NCBI GenBank assembly: GCA_046292385.1
Contig: JBKBRF010000031.1
Span: forward strand, 1-64,000
Direction of reading: 5' to 3'
Origin: Armatimonadota bacterium
GTDB taxonomy: Bacteria; Armatimonadota; SYMT01
Length of the DNA: 64,000 bases
Positions 42,425-52,339 of this stretch are shown here, piece by piece (the stretch's first letter is position 1; every line of letters starts with the position of its first letter). The notes below the pieces were generated by a model. It worked only from the letters and a program-made list of their open reading frames with translations. It was not told where the DNA came from and searched no databases. The position numbers were made by a program, and so were the translations under genes.

Positions 42425-43546
42425 GTGCAGGAGATCGTCTACTCCATCCTGCAGTGGGGCATGATCCTCAGCGGGGTGGCGGTGGTCCTGATCACCGGCT
42501 ACTACATCTACGGCTCCGCCTCCGCGGCGGACCAGCTCTTCCGCGGCGGCTCCCCCGCCGGCGGCATGATGACGCCGCAAGAGTTCGCCCGGCACGTGAG
42601 CAACATGAACATGCTGCTCGGGTGGCTCCGCATTGCCTCCGTGATCCTGCTGATCTGCACGCTGGGCCGCTTCTGGGCCTTCCCGGAGACCGGGCTGGGC
42701 GTGGTGGTGGTGGGCGCGGCGCTGGCGTTCGGCTTCCCGATGCTGCTGGATAACTTGGCTGGCCCCGCGAGCGCGCTGCCCCAGAACCTGCAGCGGGTGG
42801 GCAATCCCCGCGCGGTGCTCCCCGGCACCTACCAGTCGATCGGCCTGATGATGCTCGGCGCGGGGGTGGTGCAGCTCCTGGTGCACGGCGTCTTCCGCCT
42901 CGCGAGCTCCGGCAGCCGCCGGCCGAAGGCCAGCGCCGAGTCGTCACGTGAAGCGGCGAAGGTGCGGAAGCAGCAGGACCAGTTCCTGGGAGCTTGCTGG
43001 AAGCTGCCGTTCTGCCGCGATACCGAGAAGCAGCTCTGCCCGATCCGGGCGCAGAAGAAGTCGTGCTGGCGCACCGGCCGCGGCTGCTACTGCGACCAGA
43101 ACGTCATCCTCACCCTGAGCGGCGGGAACCAGTACCAGGCGAGCCGCGGCAGCTCCGGCTATCTCTCCGCGGGCGCCACCGTGGCGCGTCCCAAGACGCT
43201 CCGCGAGAAGCGGGAGCAGTGCCTCGCCTGCCCCATCTACCTCCACCATCAAGGTCAGAAGTACCGCCTGGGCGCTCCGCTGGTGCTGCTCGGCATCATC
43301 GGCGGGGTGGCGCTCTACCATACCGCCATCCAGCAGAAGTACGCGGCGCTGATGCTCGGCCTCGGCCAGGCGACCGCCAAGTTCAGCTTCCAGACGTCGG
43401 CGTCCGGCGGCGACCCGATGGCGTGGGCGCGGGACATGGCGGCTCACCAGGGCATCATGTGGATGCTCCTGTCGGTGGTCATCGTCCTTAGCATCGCCTA
43501 CCTGATCCAGGGTCTGGAGTGGGTGCTCTTCCGGCTGGGTTTGTAG
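42425..43546 (+). CDS. multi-pass membrane protein with 8-Cys (two-CW-like) domain
   Basis: GTG start after GGAG; ~6 TM helices; CWKLPFC..CP..CW..GCYC..CLACPIYLHH. Confidence 0.7.
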   Translation: MQEIVYSILQWGMILSGVAVVLITGYYIYGSASAADQLFRGGSPAGGMMTPQEFARHVSNMNMLLGWLRIASVILLICTLGRFWAFPETGLGVVVVGAALAFGFPMLLDNLAGPASALPQNLQRVGNPRAVLPGTYQSIGLMMLGAGVVQLLVHGVFRLASSGSRRPKASAESSREAAKVRKQQDQFLGACWKLPFCRDTEKQLCPIRAQKKSCWRTGRGCYCDQNVILTLSGGNQYQASRGSSGYLSAGATVARPKTLREKREQCLACPIYLHHQGQKYRLGAPLVLLGIIGGVALYHTAIQQKYAALMLGLGQATAKFSFQTSASGGDPMAWARDMAAHQGIMWMLLSVVIVLSIAYLIQGLEWVLFRLGL

Positions 43547-43651
43547 CCCCGGGCTGTCGCCCGGCACCAGGGGTCACGCGCGTGGTAAGGTGCCTGCGTC
43601 GGGAGCGCAGCATCGGTGCTGCCGGATTGCACGAGCGGTCCCTACCGTTCT

Positions 43652-43824
43652 CCACCCCCGTCATCCTGAACGTCAGTGAAGGATCTCGGCAGCCGTGCTG
43701 GGACGGGACTCGCAGGTGGGTGACGCGGACTCTACCTCCGGTTTCCCTCCGCGCGCCCGGCCACCCGCTCCGGCGCAGAGCGGGCGACGTAGGTCCGTCA
43801 TTTCCTTCAGGATGACGGGGGTGG
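43652..43824. repeat. intergenic element bounded by 19-bp perfect inverted repeat
   Basis: ccacccccgtcatcctgaa / ttcaggatgacgggggtgg. Confidence 0.75.
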
Positions 43825-43890
43825 GAAACCGAAGGCGGCCGAGCCTTTCCCGCTCGAATCCTTATCCCGCAGGATGGGAGGTCGGTGTGA

Positions 43891-44850
43891 TTACGGAGTG
43901 CGCCTCGACTTCGCCGCGGCCTCGCTCATCATCCGCTGGAGCGGGAGAAACCCGGCCTCTACGAGCTCCGCGACGTCTTTCCCGGCGCCTTCAAGGGTGC
44001 CAGCGTCGAACGGCGGCTGCGGGTCGTACTCCGCGCTGAGCTGGAGCGCCCGCGCCATCCTCTCGTTCCGCAGCCGGGCCGCGAGCTGCAGGCCGAAGTC
44101 GATCCCGGCCGTCACGCCGCCGCCCGTCATCCGGTTTCGATCCACCACCACCCTCGCCTTCACCGGCGTCGCCCCGAAGAGCGGCAGCACCGAGTCCCGC
44201 ATGGCCCAGTGCGACGTCGCCCGGTAGCCCGCGAGCAGACCCGCCGCTCCGAGGACCAGCGATCCGGTGCAGACGCTGGTGACCCACTCGGCGCTCCGGC
44301 CCTTCTCCGCCACGAAGTCGAGCACCTCGTCGTCCTGCATCACGGCAAGCGTGCCGAGCGTCCCGCCCGGGACCAGCAGCACCGTCAGCTCCTCCGGGCA
44401 CTCGCTGAACATCCGCGTGGGCAGGATCGGCACGCCGGCATCGCTCACGACCGGCTTCGACCGGTCCTTCCAGACCAGGTGGACGTCCACGTTTCCCATC
44501 CCCGCCAGGATCTGCTGCGGGCCGATCAAGTCGAGCGCGGTCATCTGGGGATAGACCAGCATCGCCACCTGCTGTGGGCGGCCGTCCGGGATCCCGAGCT
44601 GCTCCCGCACCTGCCTCGGGATCTCCGGCGGAGAGGCGGGCTCCGCCGGGACCGGCTCCGGAGGCGCGGCGGGCCGCTCGTCGGCCGCGAGGGCCGAGTG
44701 CGGCTGGAGTGCCAGGCCGGCAGCCGAAGACGCGGTCAGCGCCAGGCTCACGGCATGGCGGACGATCTCTCGCCGGCTCATAGCGCTGTTTCCCACTCGA
44801 GCATCGAGCTCGCCGGAAGAGAGGTGCTGGCTCTTGTCTGCTTTCATCAC
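43891..44850 (-). CDS. DJ-1/PfpI family protein (isonitrile hydratase-like), possible Tat signal; start uncertain (44781 or 44850)
   Basis: LDLIGP, VPGG, TSVCTGSL, TGGGVTAGIDFG, EYDPQPPF. Confidence 0.88.
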   Translation of the reverse strand: MMKADKSQHLSSGELDARVGNSAMSRREIVRHAVSLALTASSAAGLALQPHSALAADERPAAPPEPVPAEPASPPEIPRQVREQLGIPDGRPQQVAMLVYPQMTALDLIGPQQILAGMGNVDVHLVWKDRSKPVVSDAGVPILPTRMFSECPEELTVLLVPGGTLGTLAVMQDDEVLDFVAEKGRSAEWVTSVCTGSLVLGAAGLLAGYRATSHWAMRDSVLPLFGATPVKARVVVDRNRMTGGGVTAGIDFGLQLAARLRNERMARALQLSAEYDPQPPFDAGTLEGAGKDVAELVEAGFLPLQRMMSEAAAKSRRTP

Positions 44851-44890
44851 CTTATCGCTTCACTTCTGACAGAGAGACGACTGTTCGGGC

Positions 44891-44938
44891 ATACCCCCGT
44901 GGGGTATCCGGTAATTGATATACCCTGCAGGGGTATAT
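44891..44938. promoter_or_regulatory. two tandem CsoR/RcnR-family-like operators
   Basis: ATACCCCCGTGGGGTAT (44891-907) and ATATACCCTGCAGGGGTATAT (44918-938) between divergent genes. Confidence 0.65.
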
Positions 44939-45043
44939 TGTCAAGGTGATCCGGCGTCACCGCGCCGCGCGCGCTGCGTCCTGGATCATGGCTCGCCCTA
45001 CGGGAGTCGCAGCGAGCTGCCGGACCGACGAGAGGAGAGCGCC

Positions 45044-45781
45044 ATGACCCGAATCGACCCGATGGGTGACGGGATCTACCGGATCTCTACGCAGGCGTGG
45101 GGGTTCCCGATCACGATGAACCAGTTCCTGATCGACGACGAACACCCGGCGCTGATCCACACCGGCACGTTTCCGGTGTATGAGGCGGTCCGCAGCGCCG
45201 TCGCCGAGGTCCTCGATCCGAAGCGGCTCCGGTACGTCGTGGTGCCACACTTCGAGGCGGACGAGTGCGGTGGAATGGGCCGCTTCGTCGCCGACGCTCC
45301 GGAGGCCACGCTGATCTGCAGCGAGGTCGGCGCCGCGGTGAACCTGAGCGGCTGGGACTACTCCGGTTCGGTGCAGGGCCAGCGGGACGGCGACACGCTG
45401 GAGCTGGGCACCCATACGCTCCGCTTCCTCGAGACGCCGCACGTCCACCACTGGGACTCGATGATGGTGGTAGACGAGACGACCGGCAGCCTCTTCCCGG
45501 CGGACCTGTTCATCCAGCCCGGCGACCAGCCGCCGGTGGTCGAGGAAGACATGACGATCGCGATGTGCCAGCTCTATCGCGAAAGCGGCATCTTCGCCGC
45601 GAAGGAGCCGGTGGTGGCGGTGGTGGAGCGGCTGGAGCGGCTCGATCTGAACTGGGTCCACCCGATGCACGGGGGCAGCCTGTCGAAAGCCGCCCTCCCC
45701 CGCTACGCCCGGGCGCTGCGGGAAGAGGGCATCGCGTTCGACGGCACGCTGCTGGGACGTCGGCTGCCGGGAGTGATCTGA
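45044..45781 (+). CDS. MBL-fold protein (FprA/ODP-like di-iron domain, stand-alone)
   Basis: NQFLI, HFEADECG, TPHVHHWD, LFPADLF, PMHG; GAGGAG SD. Confidence 0.8.
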   Translation: MTRIDPMGDGIYRISTQAWGFPITMNQFLIDDEHPALIHTGTFPVYEAVRSAVAEVLDPKRLRYVVVPHFEADECGGMGRFVADAPEATLICSEVGAAVNLSGWDYSGSVQGQRDGDTLELGTHTLRFLETPHVHHWDSMMVVDETTGSLFPADLFIQPGDQPPVVEEDMTIAMCQLYRESGIFAAKEPVVAVVERLERLDLNWVHPMHGGSLSKAALPRYARALREEGIAFDGTLLGRRLPGVI

Positions 45782-45808
45782 GGCGGCTCGAAGCTCGTAG
45801 AGCCACCT

Positions 45809-47440
45809 CTATTCCGTGGAGGCTGCCACCTCGCCCTGCGGTCCGGCGAAGTGACTCCGGGCAGAGGCGAGCCAGTAGACCGCGAGCCCGATGCCGGCCA
45901 GCAGCATGGTCCAGAGCACCAGCTCGTTTGGCGGCAGGCTGAAGATGACGCAGAGGAACGCCACCCAGCCGAGGGCGATGCCGTTTACCAGCGGCGACCA
46001 CCGCCCCAGGCTCCACGGCGCCGTCTCGCGCGTTGTGAACTCTCCCCGGCCGGTCCACCGGTTCCGCACGTTCAAGTAGATCGGCAGCGCGTAGGCGAGG
46101 TAGAGCGCGATGGTGGAGATCGAGGTCACCACCGTGAACGCCGCAGCGTAGAGGCAGATCAGCACCGCCAGCAGGCTGGTGATCAGGATCGCCCAGACCG
46201 GGGTCCCGAGCCGTTCACTCACCTGCTTGAGCAGCGGTGAGCCGGGCATACCGTCATCGCGGGCGAAGGCGTACCACATCCGGCCCATGGAGGAGATGGA
46301 GGCAAGACCGCAGAGCCACATCGCCACGCCGATGATCACCGCCACCACGTTCCCCAGGGCCGCGCCCAGGTTCTGGTAGGCGATGTAGAGGACGGGGTAG
46401 GGGTCCCCCGCCGTGGCGGCGACGTCGCCGTTCGGGATGCGCCAGGTAAGGGCCAGCAGCAGCACGTAGCCGACCACCGACGACACCGCCACCGAGAGGA
46501 AGATGCCCCAGGCGGAGTTCAGTCGCGCCATCACCGTCTCTTCCGCTACGTGGGCGGAGGCGTCATACCCGGTGAAGGTCCACTGCGCCTGCAGGAGGCC
46601 CAGCACGAAGACCAGCCCCAGCGGCGCGGCCTGGTAGAGGCTGGCGAGACCCGGGAAGAGGTTGAAGAGAGGCGACGGCAGCTTCCAGTCCCCCACTACC
46701 AGCGCGGGAGCAGGGTGGCCGGGAGAGAGCTCGGCTGAGGCGGCGTCGAGCGGGTTCTCCACCGTGGTCCAGGTCGCGAGAAAGCCGAGCGGGTTTTGAT
46801 GGGATCCCAGGAAGAGCAGCAGCCCCACGATCAGCGCCACGCCGCCGATGTGCCAGTAGACGCTGAAGTCGTTCAGCCGTGCGGTGAGCCGGATCCCAAA
46901 GACGTTGACCAGGACCTGCGGCACCATGAGCAGCACCATCACGAAGACGGTGAAGTACCAGCTCGTGAGGGTGCCGAATACCGGAATGGTGCTCTCCGGG
47001 TCGATGCCGGCCATCCGTGTGACCGCGCCGATCAGGTAGGTCGCGGCGGCGATGTTGATGCCCGCCGTGATGGTGACCTGCCCGAGCATGTTCAGCCAGG
47101 CAGTGGTCCACGCCCACCCCTTGCCGCCGAGACGGTAGGCCCAGAAGTAGAGCCCGCCGGCGGTGGGATACGCCGAGGCGAGCTCCGCCATGGAAGCGGC
47201 GACGCAGAGCGTGAAGAGGCTCACGATCGGCCAGCCAACCGTGTTGATGGCAGGCCCGGCGAACTTGAGGCCGTAGCCGTAGAGCAGCACCGCCCCGGTG
47301 AGGATCGAGATGATGGAGAAGGAGATGGCGAAGTTGGAGAACCCGCCCATCTCCCGGAAGAGCTGCTGGGCGTAGCCGAGCCGGCGCAGGTCCTCGATAT
47401 CCTTCTGGATGATCTCTTCACGGCTCGGTCGCTTGCTCAA
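45809..47440 (-). CDS. APC-family amino acid/polyamine permease
   Basis: FSNFAISFSIIS, AELASAYPTAGGLY, GYDASAHVAEET. Confidence 0.92.
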   Translation of the reverse strand: MSKRPSREEIIQKDIEDLRRLGYAQQLFREMGGFSNFAISFSIISILTGAVLLYGYGLKFAGPAINTVGWPIVSLFTLCVAASMAELASAYPTAGGLYFWAYRLGGKGWAWTTAWLNMLGQVTITAGINIAAATYLIGAVTRMAGIDPESTIPVFGTLTSWYFTVFVMVLLMVPQVLVNVFGIRLTARLNDFSVYWHIGGVALIVGLLLFLGSHQNPLGFLATWTTVENPLDAASAELSPGHPAPALVVGDWKLPSPLFNLFPGLASLYQAAPLGLVFVLGLLQAQWTFTGYDASAHVAEETVMARLNSAWGIFLSVAVSSVVGYVLLLALTWRIPNGDVAATAGDPYPVLYIAYQNLGAALGNVVAVIIGVAMWLCGLASISSMGRMWYAFARDDGMPGSPLLKQVSERLGTPVWAILITSLLAVLICLYAAAFTVVTSISTIALYLAYALPIYLNVRNRWTGRGEFTTRETAPWSLGRWSPLVNGIALGWVAFLCVIFSLPPNELVLWTMLLAGIGLAVYWLASARSHFAGPQGEVAASTE

Positions 47441-47469
47441 GGTCTCTCTCCGTATAATCCTTCGAGCCG

Positions 47470-48639
47470 CTACAGCGCTGCCCGGTAAAGTGCCGCCAGG
47501 TCCGCCTGTGTCACGTCGCGGGGGTTGCAGAGGTGACAGCCATCCCGGTAGGCGAGGTCCGCGAGCCGCTCGACCAGCTCCGGGACGACCCCGACCTCGC
47601 CGAGTCGGCGCGGCAGCCCGATCCGCGCGAAGAGCCCGGAGAACGCCTCCGCCAGCCGCTCCACCGTCTCTGCCGGCGCCTCGCCCCGTGCGTCGAGTCC
47701 GATCGCTTCCGCCACTCTCCCCGCCCGCGCCGCGATGGCGCCGGCGTTGAAGCGGAGCGCGTGAGGGAGCATGACGGCGTTCGCGGTGCCGTGGTGGACG
47801 CGGGCGACGGTGGAGAGCGGATGTGCCAGCGAGTGGATCACCCCCAGGCCCTTCTGGAAGGCGATGGCCCCCATCAAGGCGGCGGCCATCATGTCGGAGC
47901 GGGCGGTGAGATCGGAGGGACTCTCCACGGCCCGCGGCAGCGCCGCGAAGCCGCTCCGCAGTCCCTCCAGCGCGATGCCGTCGCAGACGGGGTGGTAGCC
48001 CCTCGCGAAGAACGCCTCCAGGTTGTGGATCAGCGCGTCCGCTCCCGTCCCTGCGGTCACTGCAGCCGGCATTCCGACCGTCAACTCCGGATCGCAGACC
48101 GCGAGCGTAGGGATCAGCGTGGGGTGAAACAGCACGCGCTTTCGATCGCCGCGGGTCACGACCGTGCTGCGGCCGACCTCGCTCCCCGTCCCTGCCGTGG
48201 TGGGGATCGCGACCAGCGGCGGCAGCGGCACGCGCACTTCGGCCTGGGACGGGTCCCCCTCCGGACGCAGAAACCGCTCGAACGACTCGTCGTGGCTGAC
48301 GTCGACACGCACCGCCTTTGCGGCGTCGATCGGGCTGCCGCCGCCGATGGCGATCAGGTAATCGCAGCCGGCTTCGCGGTAGGCATCGGCGGCGTTCAGG
48401 ACGGTGTGCAGATCCGGGTCGGGGCGCACCCCGGCGAACAGCGTGGGGGTCGCCCCCGCCGCTCGCAGCCGCTCCCGCAGCCGCTCCACCACTCCGGAGG
48501 CGAGCACTCCCGGATCGGTAACTACCAGAGGCCGCGACCCGAAGGCGGCTGCCTGTGCCGGAAGCTCGCGCAGCCGGCCGCTGCCGAAGAGGACTCGGGT
48601 GGGGAAATCGAAGTCCCCCTGCATCGAGTGGTGGCTCAC
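47470..48639 (-). CDS. iron-containing alcohol dehydrogenase
   Basis: GGGSPID, PTTAGTGSE, DALIH, HSLAH, HHG. Confidence 0.92.
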   Translation of the reverse strand: MSHHSMQGDFDFPTRVLFGSGRLRELPAQAAAFGSRPLVVTDPGVLASGVVERLRERLRAAGATPTLFAGVRPDPDLHTVLNAADAYREAGCDYLIAIGGGSPIDAAKAVRVDVSHDESFERFLRPEGDPSQAEVRVPLPPLVAIPTTAGTGSEVGRSTVVTRGDRKRVLFHPTLIPTLAVCDPELTVGMPAAVTAGTGADALIHNLEAFFARGYHPVCDGIALEGLRSGFAALPRAVESPSDLTARSDMMAAALMGAIAFQKGLGVIHSLAHPLSTVARVHHGTANAVMLPHALRFNAGAIAARAGRVAEAIGLDARGEAPAETVERLAEAFSGLFARIGLPRRLGEVGVVPELVERLADLAYRDGCHLCNPRDVTQADLAALYRAAL

Positions 48640-48640
48640 G

Positions 48641-49975
48641 TCAGATGATCTCGAAGTAGCGCCGCAGCTCCCAGTCGGTCACCGCTTCCCGGAAGCGCCG
48701 CACCTCCCAATCGCGCGACGCGGCGAAGTGATCCACGAAGGCGCTGCCCAGCAGCTCCCGAGCGGCCTCGCTCCGGGAGAGAAGGGCGGTGGCCTCGTCC
48801 AGTGTCTTCGGCAGCGGCACGCCGTCTGCGTGGTATCCGCTGCCGGCCACCGGTGGGGGCGGAGTGAGCCCCTGCTCGATTCCGTAGAGGCCGGAGGCGA
48901 GGGCAGCCGCCAGCGCCAGGTACGGATTCGCGTCGGCGCCTGCCAGGCGGTTTTCGACCCTCGCCGCGCCCGGGTGAGTCCCGGGAATGGTGCGGAGCGC
49001 GGTGGTACGGTTCTCCAGTCCCCAGGTAGCGGAAGTGGGAGCCCAGAACCCCGGCACGAGGCGACGGTACGAGTTGATCGTGGGGCAATAGAGGGCGGTC
49101 AGCTCCGGCATCAGGGCGAGCTGCCCCGCCACGAACGCCCCCATCTCGGCGCCCGAGCCCTGGAAGCGGTTACTCCCTCCCGAGTCCCACAGGCTCAGGT
49201 GCAGGTGTCCGCTGCTTCCGGCCCGGTCGGCGCTCCACTTGGCCATGAAGGTGGCGGTGCATCCGTGCCGGTGGGCGATCTCCTTCACCAGCGTCTTGAA
49301 GATCGCCGCCCGGTCCGCCGCCTCCAGGACGTCCTGGACCGCGATCGCGGCCTCATAGACCCCGGGGCCGGTCTCCGTGTGGAGCCCTTCCAGCTCGACC
49401 TTCGCCTCGGCGCACCGGTCGAGGATCTCGTGAACGAGCGCGCCGTTCTGCGCCGCCCGGAGCCCGCTGTAGCCAAAGCTGCCGGGTGAGAGCGGCGCCA
49501 GCGCCTGGAACCCCTTCTCCTGCAGCGAGGCGGGCGACTCGCGGAAGATCCAGAACTCGTACTCGACCGAGGCGCGGGCGTGGAAGCCGAGCGCCTCCCC
49601 CCGCCGGATGATCCGCTTCAGGAGATTGCGCGGGCAGACCGGCAGCGGCGTCTCCGGAGCTTCCCAGAAGTCGCAGAGGAAGAGCGCCGTCTGGGGCTCG
49701 TCCGGGAGCAGGCGCAGCGTGTCCGGATCGACCCGTGCCAGCGTGTCCGGGTAGCCGGTGCTCCAGCCGGTGAAGGTGTCGAAGTCGTAGGTGCGGTCCT
49801 CGACGTCCCACGCGAAGATGACGTTGCAGAACCCGAAGCCCTTCCGCACCGCCGAGGCGAGCTTCTCTACGGAGACGTACTTGCCGCGCAGGACCCCGTC
49901 CAGGTCGGTCCCCGCCAGCCGCACCTTGCGGACGCCGTGCCTCTCCAGCTCCTCTAACCCGCCCTCCGTCTGCAT
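48641..49975 (-). CDS. glutamine synthetase-like gamma-glutamyl-amine ligase
   Basis: DLDGVLRGK, EYEF, HTETGPG.YE, SSGHLHLS, NSYRRL, ENR. Confidence 0.9.
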   Translation of the reverse strand: MQTEGGLEELERHGVRKVRLAGTDLDGVLRGKYVSVEKLASAVRKGFGFCNVIFAWDVEDRTYDFDTFTGWSTGYPDTLARVDPDTLRLLPDEPQTALFLCDFWEAPETPLPVCPRNLLKRIIRRGEALGFHARASVEYEFWIFRESPASLQEKGFQALAPLSPGSFGYSGLRAAQNGALVHEILDRCAEAKVELEGLHTETGPGVYEAAIAVQDVLEAADRAAIFKTLVKEIAHRHGCTATFMAKWSADRAGSSGHLHLSLWDSGGSNRFQGSGAEMGAFVAGQLALMPELTALYCPTINSYRRLVPGFWAPTSATWGLENRTTALRTIPGTHPGAARVENRLAGADANPYLALAAALASGLYGIEQGLTPPPPVAGSGYHADGVPLPKTLDEATALLSRSEAARELLGSAFVDHFAASRDWEVRRFREAVTDWELRRYFEII

Positions 49976-50204
49976 CCCGCCTCCCCGTGCCAATCAAGCC
50001 AGCCCCCGCCCGCCAGGGGACAGTGAGCCGTGGGAAACGGAAAGACCTTCCGGCGTCAGGCTGCGTCCGGGGCGGGGTCGCTCGAGCCTTGCGAACTTGA
50101 GAATGAGAACGAGAAGGAGAAAGAGAAGGAGCTAAGCCCGAAGGGCATCCCCACATCCCCGTTGCCACATCTCCCCATCTCCTGAACGGCCCGGGTGCCT
50201 GTTC

Positions 50205-51209
50205 TCAGAGCAGGTGGCGCATGCGGAACGGCGGCACGGGCTCTCCCCCGCTGAGGGCTTCGAGGACGCGGGTCCGCATGGTGAGGAAGCTTTCCCTGCC
50301 GTCCGGGTGGGTGAGGAGCGGGCGGCGCGCGGCGGCGCTGTCGAGCATCACGGCGGCTGCCGCCGGCGCGACCTCGCAGCGGCGGAAGACCCATTCTAGC
50401 TTGCGGCCGTAGAAGGTGGGAAAGTCGAGGCTGCCGTAGGCGGAGACCGGCTGGTCCTGGTAGCTCTTGCGGCCCGCCTCGCCGAAGACGGCTCCCTGCA
50501 GCGCCAGGGTGACGAACGGCACCAGCTCCATGCCGGTGCGCAGCAGCTTCAGCTCCGGGTGGAGCGGCGCCTGTTCTGCCAGCGCCCGCACCGCCAGCTC
50601 GGCGGCAGTGCGGCTGTAGAGCTTGTAGCCGCTCTGGAGGTCCGGCGCGCGCTGGATCAGGTAGCGGGCGTCCCACGCGGAGCCGTCCCGCGCCAGAGCG
50701 AACGCGACGGCGTCGACGATCGCGTCGTTCAGGAGCAGCTCGTACTCCCCACGCACCCAGCCGAGCGGCGCGTGGACGCTGGCGCGGCTGCCGATCACCG
50801 CCACCGGCACCCCGGGACACTCCCCCGCGATCTGCTCTCCGATCCGGTAGAGGTGCGGGAGGTCGTCGAGCATGTGATCGCCGTCCGCGTCCCGGGCGGC
50901 GATCCACTCCGGCGGTCGCTCTCTCCGGAGCAGGTGCCGGATGCCGGCCGCCAGCGCCGCGCCCTTCCCCTGGTTTTCCGGGAGCGGCACCAGCTCGAAC
51001 GGCGCGCCCCAGGCCGGGCCCATGCTCTCCCGCAGCCGCTCCGCCGCCTCCAGGGCGGCGGGGCAGCCGTCCGGGACCACCACCACGTCGGCCGGTGCCG
51101 CGCAGGATGCGGCGTCCGCGAGCGTGGTGAGGAGCAGCTTCTCGATCTCCGGGGCCGGCGTCGCGGCGGGGTACCACGCCGGGATCACGATCCCGACGCG
51201 GTCCACCAT
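50205..51209 (-). CDS. GT-A fold (GT2-like) glycosyltransferase
   Basis: IVIPAW, VVVPDG, NQGKGAA, DADGDH, DLQSGYK; GAGGGGAG SD. Confidence 0.75.
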   Translation of the reverse strand: MVDRVGIVIPAWYPAATPAPEIEKLLLTTLADAASCAAPADVVVVPDGCPAALEAAERLRESMGPAWGAPFELVPLPENQGKGAALAAGIRHLLRRERPPEWIAARDADGDHMLDDLPHLYRIGEQIAGECPGVPVAVIGSRASVHAPLGWVRGEYELLLNDAIVDAVAFALARDGSAWDARYLIQRAPDLQSGYKLYSRTAAELAVRALAEQAPLHPELKLLRTGMELVPFVTLALQGAVFGEAGRKSYQDQPVSAYGSLDFPTFYGRKLEWVFRRCEVAPAAAAVMLDSAAARRPLLTHPDGRESFLTMRTRVLEALSGGEPVPPFRMRHLL

Positions 51210-51241
51210 CTCCCCTCGGATCGGATACGCCGCGCGCACCG

Positions 51242-52339
51242 TCAGATCACTTCCAGGTAGTCGCGGTCCGGCAGCTCCGGGAACGGGGCATGCGGCTCCG
51301 TCTGGTACCAGTAGGCGACGCTGCTGATGTCGTCCTGCAGCGGCAGGTAGCGGCCCTTGCCCTCCTGGGCCGACTTCCACCCGAGTGCCTGGATCGTGAC
51401 GCGCAGGTCGTCCTCGAAGCGGATCGGGTCCTGGATGTGCCAGCGGTACATCCCGAACCGCTGCTGAGCCTGGTAGAGGCCGTCCGGCTTGATCACCTGC
51501 GGCATACCGAGATACGGGGTGCTGAAGACGCCGTACTCCCCTTTCGGGTGCTCGAAGTTCCAGGCGCCGCCGAAGTAGTCTTCCGTGCCGGTGCCGCAGA
51601 TGGTGGGGAACTCGGCGTCCCCGTCCATGTAGAACTTGATCTCTCCCTCGCCCCACCAGCGGTTGTTGTTGACGCCCCAGGCGAGGTAGGTGCCGACGTA
51701 CTGCCCCCAGCCGCGGACCCCGTCCAGCAGCGTGTGGACCGTCTTGTACGGCAGCGGGTTGCTGCGGCGCCACTGGGCGTGCAGGTAGGCGGCGTCGTCC
51801 GGCACGTCGGTCAGGGTGTAGTCGATCTGGTAGTAGTAGCCGCGGATCTGGTCGTCTGCCAGGTTCTCCAGCGTGATCCGGGCCGACTTCCGGAACGGCA
51901 TCACCCAGTAGCTGTTGAAGCCGCCCGCCGGGTTCACCGCGATCGGGAGCGAGCTGACGTTGCACCGCTCGCACCAGCCGTTGCAGAAGAAGTCGCCGAG
52001 CGGCGTCTCCACGGACGGGGTCTCCTCCCCATCCCAGTAGATGCGCAGCACCAGGAAGCGCCACCACTGCGGGTGGACGGTGTTCCAGATGTGCTGGATC
52101 GCCCCCGGCCCCTCGATCTCGGCCAGGGTGACGGTCTGCCGCGGCTCGATGTTGATGGAAGGCGAGACCTTCCACCCCTGCCCCAGCTCCCGCGCGGAGG
52201 TGGCGCCGGTGCCTTCGGTCGCCATGCCGGCTTTGCCCTTCTCGCCGGTGAAGTTCTCCGCGCTGATGCTGCGGGTCACGGCTCGGGAGAGCCGGAAGAC
52301 GTTGCTGAGGTTGACCTCGAGGGGGTTGAAGGGTGTCAT
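51242..52339 (-). CDS. DUF2961 / GH172 family glycoside hydrolase
   Basis: SISAENFTGEKG, GPGAIQHIW, WWGEGEIKFY, GTGTEDYF. Confidence 0.88.
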   Translation of the reverse strand: MTPFNPLEVNLSNVFRLSRAVTRSISAENFTGEKGKAGMATEGTGATSARELGQGWKVSPSINIEPRQTVTLAEIEGPGAIQHIWNTVHPQWWRFLVLRIYWDGEETPSVETPLGDFFCNGWCERCNVSSLPIAVNPAGGFNSYWVMPFRKSARITLENLADDQIRGYYYQIDYTLTDVPDDAAYLHAQWRRSNPLPYKTVHTLLDGVRGWGQYVGTYLAWGVNNNRWWGEGEIKFYMDGDAEFPTICGTGTEDYFGGAWNFEHPKGEYGVFSTPYLGMPQVIKPDGLYQAQQRFGMYRWHIQDPIRFEDDLRVTIQALGWKSAQEGKGRYLPLQDDISSVAYWYQTEPHAPFPELPDRDYLEVI

